A DNA stretch of 64,000 bases from Hyphomonadaceae bacterium (GTDB taxonomy: Bacteria > Pseudomonadota > Alphaproteobacteria > Caulobacterales > Aquidulcibacteraceae), in contig JALHOC010000003.1 of assembly GCA_022843225.1 (NCBI GenBank), forward strand, positions 48,290 to 112,289, in the 5' to 3' direction. Made by a program: the position numbers and the translations under genes. A model generated the notes under the pieces. That model saw only the letters and a program-made list of their open reading frames with translations, searched no databases and had not been told where the DNA came from. Below are positions 49,126 through 58,525 of this stretch, piece by piece. Position 1 is the first letter of the stretch. Every line of letters begins with the position of its first letter.

Positions 49126-50664
49126 TTGATCGCAAAGGCTTTAAGGTTTCTAGCGGCGGCGTTTCTGCTGGCGCTGACAAGCACGGCGGCGGCGCAAACC
49201 AGCGTCGATGACGCCGAGCGCGGCATTGTGCGCGTCGTCGTGATCCTTGAAACCACCGAGGGACGGATGCTTTACGGCTCCGGGTCCGGCTTCGTTGTGG
49301 CGCCCAACCTCATCGTTACCGCGGCGCATGTGGTCGCACCCGCGCGGCAGCGAGCCGAATACGGCGTCGCGATTGTGCCGCCACAGGGCGACGGACTGAT
49401 ACCCGCACGCATCATCCGGTTTTCTCCGTTGTCGGAACTCGCGCTGCTTGAGTTCCGAGGCCCCGACATGCCGGCGTTAACAATTTCGACGGTCGAGCCC
49501 CACGCTGGCGATGGCGTCATCGCGCTGGGCTATCCCGACGTGGACTATCAAGGCGCAACCGGCGCCGATCTGTTGCGGCCTACGCCGGCGTCGCGCACCT
49601 CCGGGCAAATCTCATCGCTTCGCGACCGCGCCCCAACCGGCGACCCGATCCCGACCATCAACCATCAGGCGGTGATTTCTTCGGGCTCCTCGGGGGGACC
49701 GCTCCTGGACGAGTGCGGCCGGGTCATTGGCGTGAACTCCTGGCATGTGTCGGGCGCGGACACGCGCGAGACGCGCGGGGTCTCGACCCGGGCGTCACAA
49801 CTTCTGCAATTCCTTGATGAGGCCGGCGTCTCCCCTACCCTCAGCGATGAGCGCTGCCTCTCCTTCGCCGAACGCATCGAGGCCGAGCGCGCGGCCACCG
49901 TGCAAGCGCTGCAAACCCAGAATGAGGACCTCGCCTCGAAGCTTGAAACCGCCGACCGGCTGACGCGCATCGCCGTCGTGATCCTGATCGGCGGCACTTT
50001 GGCGTTGTTTGTCGCGGTCTGCGTACTTGGCGCGATCGTGCTGTCACAACGGCGGCGTCAGAATGGGCACGCCGCGCCGCACGCGCCGGCTCAGCCGCAT
50101 CACCAGACCCATGTCGCGCCCGAGCACGCCCCGCGTCGACGCCTCGGCGTCATCGCAATTGTCGGCGGCGCGGCCTTGGCGGCGATCTTCATCGTTGGTG
50201 CGGCGATGCTGTTGCTACGCCCAGCACAACAGGTTGTCGCTGAACAACAAGACACTCCGCGCTTCGCTGGCGCCATTAGCTGCACGCTCGACCGCGAAGC
50301 CAGCGTTGGTTCTCAGGGCGTGTCCGACATGAGCTTCTCAGCGTCCGGCGCGTTGTGCGTCAACGAGCGCACCTTGTACGCGCGCCGCGACGACGGCCGC
50401 TTCCAGCGCGCGATCGTATTGGGCGAAGCGCGCGCACTCGACGTGCTGACGATTGATCCTTCAAGCGGCGAGTTCAAGCGCGAGCGCTATCCGCTGTCGG
50501 ACGACGACTTCGCCGCCGCAAACCAAGCGGTGGCGGAATCCGGCGCCGGGCGCGGCTGCGAGGGCAGCGGCGAGGCGGTGGCGCGGCGCAACCAAACCTT
50601 GATGGACTTCGCCCAAGGCACGCCGTCCCAGCGGCTCATCTGGCGCTGCGAAGCGCGCAACTAG
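49126..50664 (+). CDS. Trypsin-like (S1) serine protease domain plus coiled coil, TM segments and C-terminal domain
   Basis: GSGSGF, TAAHV, ELALL, GSSGGPL; signal peptide; TTG start. Confidence 0.88.
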   Translation: MIAKALRFLAAAFLLALTSTAAAQTSVDDAERGIVRVVVILETTEGRMLYGSGSGFVVAPNLIVTAAHVVAPARQRAEYGVAIVPPQGDGLIPARIIRFSPLSELALLEFRGPDMPALTISTVEPHAGDGVIALGYPDVDYQGATGADLLRPTPASRTSGQISSLRDRAPTGDPIPTINHQAVISSGSSGGPLLDECGRVIGVNSWHVSGADTRETRGVSTRASQLLQFLDEAGVSPTLSDERCLSFAERIEAERAATVQALQTQNEDLASKLETADRLTRIAVVILIGGTLALFVAVCVLGAIVLSQRRRQNGHAAPHAPAQPHHQTHVAPEHAPRRRLGVIAIVGGAALAAIFIVGAAMLLLRPAQQVVAEQQDTPRFAGAISCTLDREASVGSQGVSDMSFSASGALCVNERTLYARRDDGRFQRAIVLGEARALDVLTIDPSSGEFKRERYPLSDDDFAAANQAVAESGAGRGCEGSGEAVARRNQTLMDFAQGTPSQRLIWRCEARN

Positions 50665-51125
50665 CGTGCGAGTTCGGCCTTGAGCCGTTGCTCGATCGCC
50701 TCGATCCGCGCGCCATTGGCGCCGAGATCGGATAGGCCGACGCGCGAGCGCGAATACACCGCCACGACGCTCCGCTCAGCTGACGCAGGATGGATGAGCA
50801 CATCGACATCGTCGCGAAACCGCATCAGCGGCGTCACCGCGACGTAGCGCGCGCGGATCGCGCCGGAGGCTTCGTTCTGGACCTCGGCATTGGGCTCGAT
50901 GCGCAAGAGTGCTGCGGCAACCACCGAGGCGGACGCATCCATCTCAATCGCCGGCCGCATCGATTGCGCCGCCGGGCACAAAGCCTCGGTGCACGCCAAC
51001 GCGCGATTCGATGTCGAACCGGGCGCAATGGCGTCGAACGATAGCCACGGGCCCTCAGGCCTTGGCGCTGAAACGCACGCGCCAAGAGACAGCGCCGCTA
51101 AGGTCGCAAGGATCGAACGCGCCAT
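50661..51125 (-). CDS. DUF1499-type lipoprotein
   Basis: LGAC; TPLMRFRDDVDV, YSRSRVGLSDLGANGARI. Confidence 0.88.
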   Translation of the reverse strand: MARSILATLAALSLGACVSAPRPEGPWLSFDAIAPGSTSNRALACTEALCPAAQSMRPAIEMDASASVVAAALLRIEPNAEVQNEASGAIRARYVAVTPLMRFRDDVDVLIHPASAERSVVAVYSRSRVGLSDLGANGARIEAIEQRLKAELAR

Positions 51126-52432
51126 CAATTTGGCGCCGGTGTATCGGGATACGCCACGCGCCAAACGATGTCGCCAACGTCGTCAGCGACGAGCAACGCG
51201 CCCGTCCGATCCGTGGCGATGCCGACCGGGCGGCCAAGCGCCTCACCGCGCTCATTGAGGAAGCCGGTTAGGAAATCCTGTACCTCACCGTTCGGAACAC
51301 CGCCTTCAAAGGGCACGAACACGACCTTGTATCCGACCCGCTCGCGGCGGTTCCAGGAGCCGTGCTGACCGACAAATACCCCGTTCCAATAGCCCTCGGG
51401 GAATACGTCGGCGCGATAGAAGTGCAAGCCGAGCGAGGCCGTATGCGCACCGAGCGCGTAGTCAGGCACGAGCGCTGCGGCGACCAGATCCGGTCGTTGC
51501 GGCTGCACGCGGTCATCCACATTCGCGCCGAAATACGAATAGGGCCAACCATAGAAACCGCCATCGCGGACGCTGGTCATGTAGTCCGGCACTAGATTAT
51601 CGCCCAGCATGTCGCGCTCGTTCACAGCCGTCCACAACGCATTGGTGTCCGGCGCCCAATCCATGCCGACGGGATTGCGTAAGCCTGTCGCGAACACGCG
51701 CGCGCCGGAGCCATCCGGATTGAACTCCCAGATCGCAGCGCGGCCCTCCTCCGCCTCAATGCCATAATCGGCTATGTTGGAGGCCGACCCCACCGCAACG
51801 TAGAGTTTCGAGCCATCGGCATTGGCGATCAGGTTGCGCGTCCAGTGGCCGTTGTCGCCCGCGCGATACGGCAGTTCGAGGATGCGTTCGCCCGCGCCGG
51901 TCACGCGTACCGCGCCCGCCGTGTAAGGAAAGCGCAGCACCGCATCCGTGTTAGCGACGTAGAGGTAATCTCCCACAAGCGCCATGCCGATCGGTTGATT
52001 CAAATTCTCCGCGAACACGTGGCGCTCGTCCACGTCGCCATCGCCATCGGCGTCGCGCAATAGGGTGATGCGGTTCGCGTTGTCGGCCAGCGCGCCGGCG
52101 CGGCGTTGCACGGCGTTGCGGATCCAATCCATCACGCCACCGCCCTCGGAGGCTTCCGAGGAAGTTTCAGCCACAAGCACATCGCCATTCGGCAAGAGGT
52201 AGAGCCAGCGCGGATGCGCCATGCCCTCGGCGTAGCGTGTGACAACAAAGCCGGCGGGTGCGATGGGCCCGGAGCCCTCCGCCCAGCCGACAGCGCGCGC
52301 CGCATTGACCACAGGCATGCCGCCGCTCTCTGGTGCGGGTAATTCAGGATTGGCGCCGTAGCCGGTATCGACGGGCGGAGCGCCGCCACACGCAGCAAGC
52401 GCCAAAGCCAACAGGAGTACGATCCTTCTCAT
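51125..52432 (-). CDS. Sorbosone dehydrogenase family (PQQ-type propeller) lipoprotein
   Basis: HPRWLYLLPNGDVLVAE, HWTRN, GLRNPVG, VNERD, FYGWPY, GRPVG. Confidence 0.92.
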   Translation of the reverse strand: MRRIVLLLALALAACGGAPPVDTGYGANPELPAPESGGMPVVNAARAVGWAEGSGPIAPAGFVVTRYAEGMAHPRWLYLLPNGDVLVAETSSEASEGGGVMDWIRNAVQRRAGALADNANRITLLRDADGDGDVDERHVFAENLNQPIGMALVGDYLYVANTDAVLRFPYTAGAVRVTGAGERILELPYRAGDNGHWTRNLIANADGSKLYVAVGSASNIADYGIEAEEGRAAIWEFNPDGSGARVFATGLRNPVGMDWAPDTNALWTAVNERDMLGDNLVPDYMTSVRDGGFYGWPYSYFGANVDDRVQPQRPDLVAAALVPDYALGAHTASLGLHFYRADVFPEGYWNGVFVGQHGSWNRRERVGYKVVFVPFEGGVPNGEVQDFLTGFLNERGEALGRPVGIATDRTGALLVADDVGDIVWRVAYPDTPAPN

Positions 52433-52469
52433 GCGTTCAATGTACGACGGAAGGGGCCGCGCTGCACGC

Positions 52470-53228
52470 TTATTCGCGACTTTCCCCATTTTGCCCCTGC
52501 GCTCTCAGCCAGGGACGAATGACGACAACCGCGAGGAACCAAATTGCTATGGCGATAACGCCCGCAACAGCAGCTGACCCAAGCCGGCCCTCGAGCGCAT
52601 CCATGATACCGTCGCCCGCGAAGGCGACGATCGCCGTCTTCGGCAACACGCCAAGCGCAAGCCCGCCTATGAATTGCCAAAAGTCCACCCGCGCCGCGCC
52701 AAACGCCATGTTGACGACAATGAATGGCGCCGTCGGCACAAAACGCACAATCAGGCTCGCGAGGAAACCGTTCTTGCCCATGAAGCGGGTGAAACGCCCG
52801 CCGGTCGCACCGCCAAACCGTTTCCGCGTTTGCGCGCTCGATAGCCGACCCGTGAAATAGGTCGCCATTCCCGAGACAATCGTGGCGATCCAGGCAAACC
52901 AGAATCCCTCTTCCGGCCCGAAGGCGATCACACATGCGCCGATCAGAACGATCTGTGGCGCGCCAACATAGGCGGTGAGCGTGAACACCAGGATCGCCAT
53001 CGGCAACCCAAGGTGTGTGCGCCGCGCCTCGCCGAGTGTTGCATCGATAAAGGCCTCGATTTCTTCGCCGTAATAGAGCCGCCCAACCACCAGAATAACC
53101 GCGACGACCACGACCATGGCCACGGACACGCCCACCGCGCGCCAGGCGCGGGCGTCCATGTTGTTGACGAAGTCCGATATCTTGGCGGAAAGCCCCGGCT
53201 TCGACGGTTCAGGCTGGGCGTCGTTCAT
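52470..53228 (-). CDS. TVP38/TMEM64 (DedA/VTT) membrane protein
   Basis: VRFVPTAPF..N..G motif, GVLPKT. Confidence 0.88.
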   Translation of the reverse strand: MNDAQPEPSKPGLSAKISDFVNNMDARAWRAVGVSVAMVVVVAVILVVGRLYYGEEIEAFIDATLGEARRTHLGLPMAILVFTLTAYVGAPQIVLIGACVIAFGPEEGFWFAWIATIVSGMATYFTGRLSSAQTRKRFGGATGGRFTRFMGKNGFLASLIVRFVPTAPFIVVNMAFGAARVDFWQFIGGLALGVLPKTAIVAFAGDGIMDALEGRLGSAAVAGVIAIAIWFLAVVVIRPWLRAQGQNGESRE

Positions 53229-53276
53229 TCAGCCCGCCCTGTGGCGCGCCAGCGCGCGCGGGTCAAGCCGCCAGGA

Positions 53277-53711
53277 TCAGGCGCTCTGCGGACGCTGACC
53301 TAACAAAGCGCCAAGGCCAAACGCGTTCCGCGCCGCCGAGCGGCGCTTGCTTTTGGCGGGCTTGGCCTGGGGGATTTCCATGTCGTTCATCCGGGGCTTG
53401 AGCCCCCGGATCAAGTCCTCCTCGACCCGGCGGCGATCAACCTCATCACGGATCGGCCCCAGCACATAGCGCTCGGTGGCGCCGTAATACCAGAAGGCGC
53501 GCGGCCATTTCTCATGGCCCAACATGCGACCGCGGAGATCGTGCGCCTTACCCACATAGAGCGGTTCCAGGCAAAACACCCAGCGACGGCGAACAAAAAC
53601 ATAAATTCCGCCCACGCCGGCCTCGGGCATGTCACGCTTGGTCAGAACGCACTTGAAACGATAGCGCCGGCCGCTCTCGCCGCGCCAGGAGTGCGATCCA
53701 AACAAGAACAT
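53277..53711 (-). CDS. Stand-alone GIY-YIG nuclease family protein
   Basis: GGIYVF..LYVGKAHDLRGRMLGH..RRVEEDLIRGLKPRMN; SD GGAG; ATG 53711. Confidence 0.8.
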   Translation of the reverse strand: MFLFGSHSWRGESGRRYRFKCVLTKRDMPEAGVGGIYVFVRRRWVFCLEPLYVGKAHDLRGRMLGHEKWPRAFWYYGATERYVLGPIRDEVDRRRVEEDLIRGLKPRMNDMEIPQAKPAKSKRRSAARNAFGLGALLGQRPQSA

Positions 53712-53757
53712 GATTTTCTCTCCGGTCGATGGGGTGGCGGACCCTCGGATTGGAATC

Positions 53758-53773
53758 GTAAATGCGCCGTTAA
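53758..53773. promoter_or_regulatory. Candidate CtrA box
   Basis: Minus strand TTAA-CGGCGCA-TTTAC, one mismatch from TTAA-N7-TTAAC. Confidence 0.45.
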
Positions 53774-53813
53774 GATGTTGCACCGAAAGCGAGGCGAGGC
53801 GATCCTCCGAGTC

Positions 53814-54752
53814 ATGCCGCTCAGCACTCTCCCCTCGCTCTCTATGCATGACCGCGTTGCCGACCCCACTGCGTTCGCTCAGGCGATTGGCGACAGCTAT
53901 GCGCGTTTCGGCTTCGCCATCGTGCGCGATCACGGGCTGGACGCCGCCTTGATCGCGCGTGCGCTCGACGCTGCGAAAGCGTTCTTCGCGCTGCCGGACG
54001 AGGCCAAACGCCGCTATCATGTCGCGGGCGGCGGCGGGCAACGCGGCTACGTGCCCTTCGGAATCGAAGCGGCCAAAGGCGCCGACAAGGTTGACCTCAA
54101 GGAGTTTTGGCACGTCGGGCGCGAACTGCCGCCGGGCCATCGCTACCGCGCCGCAATGCCGGATAATCTCTGGCCAGACGAAATACCGACCTTTCAAGCC
54201 GACGTGTACGCCCTCTATGCCGCGCTCGATGCGTTAGGCGTCCAACTCTTGGACTCGATCGCCCGCTATCTCGGCATCAGGCCGGATTTCTTTATCGACG
54301 CCGTACGTGACGGCAATTCAGTACTGCGGCTTTTGCACTACCCGCCCATGCCGCCCAACCCGGCCGGCATGCGCGCGGAAGCGCACGAGGACATCAACGC
54401 CATCACATTGCTTCTGGGCGCCGAAGAAGCCGGCCTGCAATTGCTGACGCGCGAGGGCGAATGGATCGATGTAGCGCCGCCGGAAGGCGCGCTGGTCGTC
54501 AATATGGGCGACATGTTGCAACGCTTGACCAACCATGTCCTGCCCTCGACCAGCCATCGTGTACGCAACCCGAGCGCCGATCGCGCGCACCTGCCGCGCT
54601 ATTCGATCCCCTTCTTCTTGCACTTCGCGCCGGATTTTATGATCGAAACGCTGCCCTCCTGCATCACGCCGGATAATCTGAACCGTTACCCCGCGCCTAT
54701 CACGGCGCAGGACTTTCTGCTCGAACGCTTGCGTGAGATCAGGCTGACTTAA
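53814..54752 (+). CDS. Isopenicillin N synthase-like 2OG-Fe(II) oxygenase
   Basis: GFAIVRDHG, AHEDINAITLL (HxD), SHRV, RYSIPFFLH (RxS). Confidence 0.93.
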   Translation: MPLSTLPSLSMHDRVADPTAFAQAIGDSYARFGFAIVRDHGLDAALIARALDAAKAFFALPDEAKRRYHVAGGGGQRGYVPFGIEAAKGADKVDLKEFWHVGRELPPGHRYRAAMPDNLWPDEIPTFQADVYALYAALDALGVQLLDSIARYLGIRPDFFIDAVRDGNSVLRLLHYPPMPPNPAGMRAEAHEDINAITLLLGAEEAGLQLLTREGEWIDVAPPEGALVVNMGDMLQRLTNHVLPSTSHRVRNPSADRAHLPRYSIPFFLHFAPDFMIETLPSCITPDNLNRYPAPITAQDFLLERLREIRLT

Positions 54753-55282
54753 CCAGCGAAACCGCCAGCATCGAGGAACGCCTGCTCCTCCGGCGTGGTC
54801 GCGCGCCCGAGCGCCGCATTGCGATGCGGGAAACGGCCAAAGCGGGCGATGATGTCGCGATGGACGCGCGCGTACTTGGCGTATTCGGCGTCGCCCGTCG
54901 CCTCCATCAGCGCAACGCACCGCGCCTGTGCCGCCAAATCCTCGGCATGCTCAAACGGCAGATAGAAGAAAATGCGCAGCGGCAAATCAATGGCGCGATG
55001 ATGCCCGGCCTTCAGCGCGCGATCCGCGATCGCAAGAGCCAACGGGTCGGTCGCGAAAGCATGGGCGGAGCCGCGATAAACATTGCGAGGAATTTGGTCG
55101 AGCAGAAGGATCAAAGCGAGCGCGCCCTCAGCGCTCTCCTCCCACGCACTTAGATCGCCGCGCGCGGCGGCGTGATGCGCGGCTTCAAACGCGCTACACC
55201 GCGCGTCGATGGCGGAATCCTTCTTGAACCAGGCGTCGGGGCCGACGGCGGACCAGAAGCTCAGAACATCGTGCGGGCTCAT
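54749..55282 (-). CDS. DUF924 family protein
   Basis: VLSFW..WF, LILLLDQIPRN, FFYLPFEHAE, FGRFPHRN. Confidence 0.93.
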   Translation of the reverse strand: MSPHDVLSFWSAVGPDAWFKKDSAIDARCSAFEAAHHAAARGDLSAWEESAEGALALILLLDQIPRNVYRGSAHAFATDPLALAIADRALKAGHHRAIDLPLRIFFYLPFEHAEDLAAQARCVALMEATGDAEYAKYARVHRDIIARFGRFPHRNAALGRATTPEEQAFLDAGGFAG

Positions 55283-55340
55283 TTGCGAACCCTGCGCGCG
55301 ATGGCTATGACGCGCAAGCTCCGCGAACAAAGAGACCCCC

Positions 55341-56528
55341 ATGACTCGCATTGGCACGCCGCTTTCGCCCTCCGCGCTCAAGGTGATGTTCCTCGGCGGC
55401 GGGGAGTTGGGCAAGGAAGTCGTCATCGAACTCCAGCGCCTCGGCGTGGAAACGATCGTGGTCGATCGCTACGCCAATGCGCCTGCGCAGCACGTCGCCC
55501 ACCGCGCGCACGTGATCGACATGACCGATGCCAAGGCGTTACGCGCGCTCGTGGAGCAAGAACGTCCACACCTCATCGTGCCAGAGATCGAAGCCATCGC
55601 CACCGACGAACTCGTGCGTATTGAAGCCGACGGCCTGGCGCGCGTGATCCCCACCGCCAATGCCGCCCACATTACTATGAATCGCGAGCGTATCCGCCGT
55701 CTTGCGGCGGAAGATTTGAAAATGCCGACCTCACCATATGCGTTCGCCTCCTCACTCGAGGAAATGCACGCGGCGATCGATCGCATCGGCTTTCCCTGCT
55801 TCGTGAAGCCGGTGATGTCCTCCTCCGGCAAAGGCCAGAGCCGGCTCAAGTCCGACGCCGATGTCGCATCCGCTTGGGAGTACGCGCTGAACGCGGGTCG
55901 CGTGAAGCAACCGCGCGTCATCGTGGAGGGCCAAATTCACTTCGACTTCGAGATCACGTTACTCACCGTGCGCGCTAAGAGCGGAACGCATTTCTGCGAA
56001 CCCATCGGTCACGTGCAGATCGATGGCGACTACGTCGAAAGCTGGCAACCGCAAGCGATGAGCGCGCAGGCCCGCAGGCTCGCACAGGACATCGCGGGCA
56101 AAGTGACGGAAGCGCTTGGCGGCCACGGCATTTTTGGCGTCGAGCTGTTCGTGAAGGGCGACGAGGTTTGGTTCTCGGAAGTCAGCCCGCGCCCCCACGA
56201 CACCGGCCTTGTGACGCTCGTCTCCCAGGAGCAGAGCGAGTTTGCGTTGCATGCGCGCGCGATCCTCGGCTTGCCCGTGGACACAAACCTGCGTGCGCCG
56301 GGCGCGAGCGCGGTGATCTATGGCGGCATGGACGCGCACGATATCGCGTTTGACGGCGTCACCGAGGCGCTAGCGGTTCCCTGCACCGAACTGCGCCTAT
56401 TCGGCAAGCCCGAGAGCTTCATCAAGCGCCGCATGGGCGTGGCGCTGGCGCGCGGCGCTGATACCGACGAAGCGCGCGCACGGGCCAAACAAGCGGCGGC
56501 GCTGGTCAAGCCCGTCACCTGCAGCTAG
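55341..56528 (+). CDS. purT: Formate-dependent GAR transformylase
   Basis: [51 protein letters not shown]. Confidence 0.96.
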   Translation: MTRIGTPLSPSALKVMFLGGGELGKEVVIELQRLGVETIVVDRYANAPAQHVAHRAHVIDMTDAKALRALVEQERPHLIVPEIEAIATDELVRIEADGLARVIPTANAAHITMNRERIRRLAAEDLKMPTSPYAFASSLEEMHAAIDRIGFPCFVKPVMSSSGKGQSRLKSDADVASAWEYALNAGRVKQPRVIVEGQIHFDFEITLLTVRAKSGTHFCEPIGHVQIDGDYVESWQPQAMSAQARRLAQDIAGKVTEALGGHGIFGVELFVKGDEVWFSEVSPRPHDTGLVTLVSQEQSEFALHARAILGLPVDTNLRAPGASAVIYGGMDAHDIAFDGVTEALAVPCTELRLFGKPESFIKRRMGVALARGADTDEARARAKQAAALVKPVTCS

Positions 56529-56550
56529 CGTGCGCGCAACGAGAGCGCAG

Positions 56551-57507
56551 ATGACCACGCCACAATCACCACTCCAATCTGGCTACGGCATGCGCACCGA
56601 AGCGCGCGAGGCGCTCGGCGAACGTGATCTCACCGGCAAGGTCGCCATCGTTACGGGCGGTTATTCCGGGCTTGGGCTGGAGACGACCAAAGCGCTCGCG
56701 GGCGCCGGCGCTATCGTGATCGTGCCGGCGCGCAGCGCCGAGAAAGCGCAAAAGGCGATCGTCGGCATCGCCAATGTCGAACAAGCCACGCTCGACCTCA
56801 CCGATCCCGCCAGCATAGACGCCTTCGCCAGCGGGTTTCTCTCCCGTACCAAGAAACTCGATATACTGATCAACAACGCCGCCATCATGGCTGCGCCCCT
56901 GGCGCGTGATGCGCGCGGCTACGAAGCGCAATTCGCCACCAATCATCTTGGCCATTTCCAGCTTACAGCGCGGCTGTGGCCAGCGCTCAAAGGCGGCGCG
57001 CGCGTGGTGAGCTTGTCCTCTGTAGCGCACCGGCGCTCCGGCGTTGATCTCGACGATCCCAATTTCGAGCACACGCCGTACGACAGATGGGTGGCCTATG
57101 GCCGCGCCAAGTCAGCCAATGCGCTGTTCGCCCTCGGGCTCGATAGGCGCAGTGCAGCCCATGGCGTGCGCGCCTTTTCCGTGCATCCGGGCGGCATCAT
57201 GACCAACCTCCAACGCTTCATGCCCGAGGAAGAAAAGCGCGCCATGGGCTGGATCGACGAGCACGGCAATACTCATCCCATGTTCAAGACGCCCTCCCAA
57301 GGCGCGGCTACTAGCATCTGGTGCGCGACCCACGCGCAGCTCGACGGCATGGGCGGGGTGTATTGCGAGGACTGCGACATTGCCCAGCCCGTGGCCGCCG
57401 ATGACGAGGGCTTCACCGGCGTGCGCCCCTGGGCGACCGATCCCGCTATTGCAGAGGGCTTGTGGGCGCTGAGCGAAGAAATGACCGGCGTGCGCTTCGC
57501 ACTTTAA
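56551..57507 (+). CDS. SDR oxidoreductase (retinol dehydrogenase/WWOX-like)
   Basis: TGGYSGLG, LINNAA, TNHLGHF, YGRAK, SVHPG, QGAAT. Confidence 0.93.
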   Translation: MTTPQSPLQSGYGMRTEAREALGERDLTGKVAIVTGGYSGLGLETTKALAGAGAIVIVPARSAEKAQKAIVGIANVEQATLDLTDPASIDAFASGFLSRTKKLDILINNAAIMAAPLARDARGYEAQFATNHLGHFQLTARLWPALKGGARVVSLSSVAHRRSGVDLDDPNFEHTPYDRWVAYGRAKSANALFALGLDRRSAAHGVRAFSVHPGGIMTNLQRFMPEEEKRAMGWIDEHGNTHPMFKTPSQGAATSIWCATHAQLDGMGGVYCEDCDIAQPVAADDEGFTGVRPWATDPAIAEGLWALSEEMTGVRFAL

Positions 57508-57541
57508 CGACGGAACCAACCGCCAGCGCCGTTCAACACCC

Positions 57542-58525
57542 ATGAACCGTCGATCCTTCCTGGCCGCCAGCGCCGCTACGTGCGTTGCGCTTCCCGCACA
57601 CGCGCAGACGAACCCGATGGCTGCGGCGGCCGCCTATTCCGCACAGCGACGCGGCGTTTCGCTGCTGGTTATGCAGCGCGGGCGGGTTGTGTTCGAAGAT
57701 TATCCCAACGAGGGCGGGCCGGATCGCGGCTGGGAGCTGGCGAGCGGAACCAAAAGCTTCTGCGGCGTGATAGCCGCCGCCGCCGTCCAAGATCAGTTGC
57801 TCGATCTCGACGAACCCTGCGCGGACACGCTGCGCGAATGGCGCGGCGACAACCGCCGCCGCATCAGCATCCGCCACCTGCTCTCGCTGACCAGCGGCAT
57901 CGACGGCGGGCGTATTGGCCGCCCGCCAACATATGCGGACGCTGTCGCCATGCCCGCCACCGCCAACCCCGGCGAGCGCTTCGCCTACGGCCCGGCGCCG
58001 TTCCAGATTTTCGGCGAGATCATGCGGCGCAAAACCAATGGCGATCCACTGGAATATTTGCGGCGCCGCATTCTCGACCCACTCGAAATCCGCCCGACGC
58101 AATGGCGGCGCGGCGGCGACGGCAATCCGCTGATGCCCCAGGGCGCCCAATTCACGGCGCGTGACTGGGCGCGCTTCGGCGAGTTCGTTGTGCGCGGAGG
58201 CGACGGGCGACTCGATGCGAGGGCGCTGCGCGCGTGCTTCGAGTCGAGCCGCGCCAATCCCGGCTACGGGCTCACCTGGTGGCTATTGCGCGATGGGCTG
58301 ATCCCGCCGGGTCCTCGCTCGGGCGTCGACGTCAGCGCCGAACTCGAAGCGCGCTTCGGCCCGGTCAGTATGGCCGCCGGCGCCGGCGACCAGCGGCTCT
58401 ATTTGGTTCCCGAACTCGGCCTCGTTATCGCGCGCCAGGCCAGCGGCATTCTCCGCGCCACGAGGGGCCGCGATCGCGGTCCGCGCTGGTCGGACGCGGA
58501 CTTCTTGCGCCTCGTACTGGCTTAA
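57542..58525 (+). CDS. Tat-exported serine hydrolase (beta-lactamase class C-like)
   Basis: RRSFL Tat signal; SGTK (SxxK), RHLLSLTSG, GYGLTWW. Confidence 0.88.
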   Translation: MNRRSFLAASAATCVALPAHAQTNPMAAAAAYSAQRRGVSLLVMQRGRVVFEDYPNEGGPDRGWELASGTKSFCGVIAAAAVQDQLLDLDEPCADTLREWRGDNRRRISIRHLLSLTSGIDGGRIGRPPTYADAVAMPATANPGERFAYGPAPFQIFGEIMRRKTNGDPLEYLRRRILDPLEIRPTQWRRGGDGNPLMPQGAQFTARDWARFGEFVVRGGDGRLDARALRACFESSRANPGYGLTWWLLRDGLIPPGPRSGVDVSAELEARFGPVSMAAGAGDQRLYLVPELGLVIARQASGILRATRGRDRGPRWSDADFLRLVLA

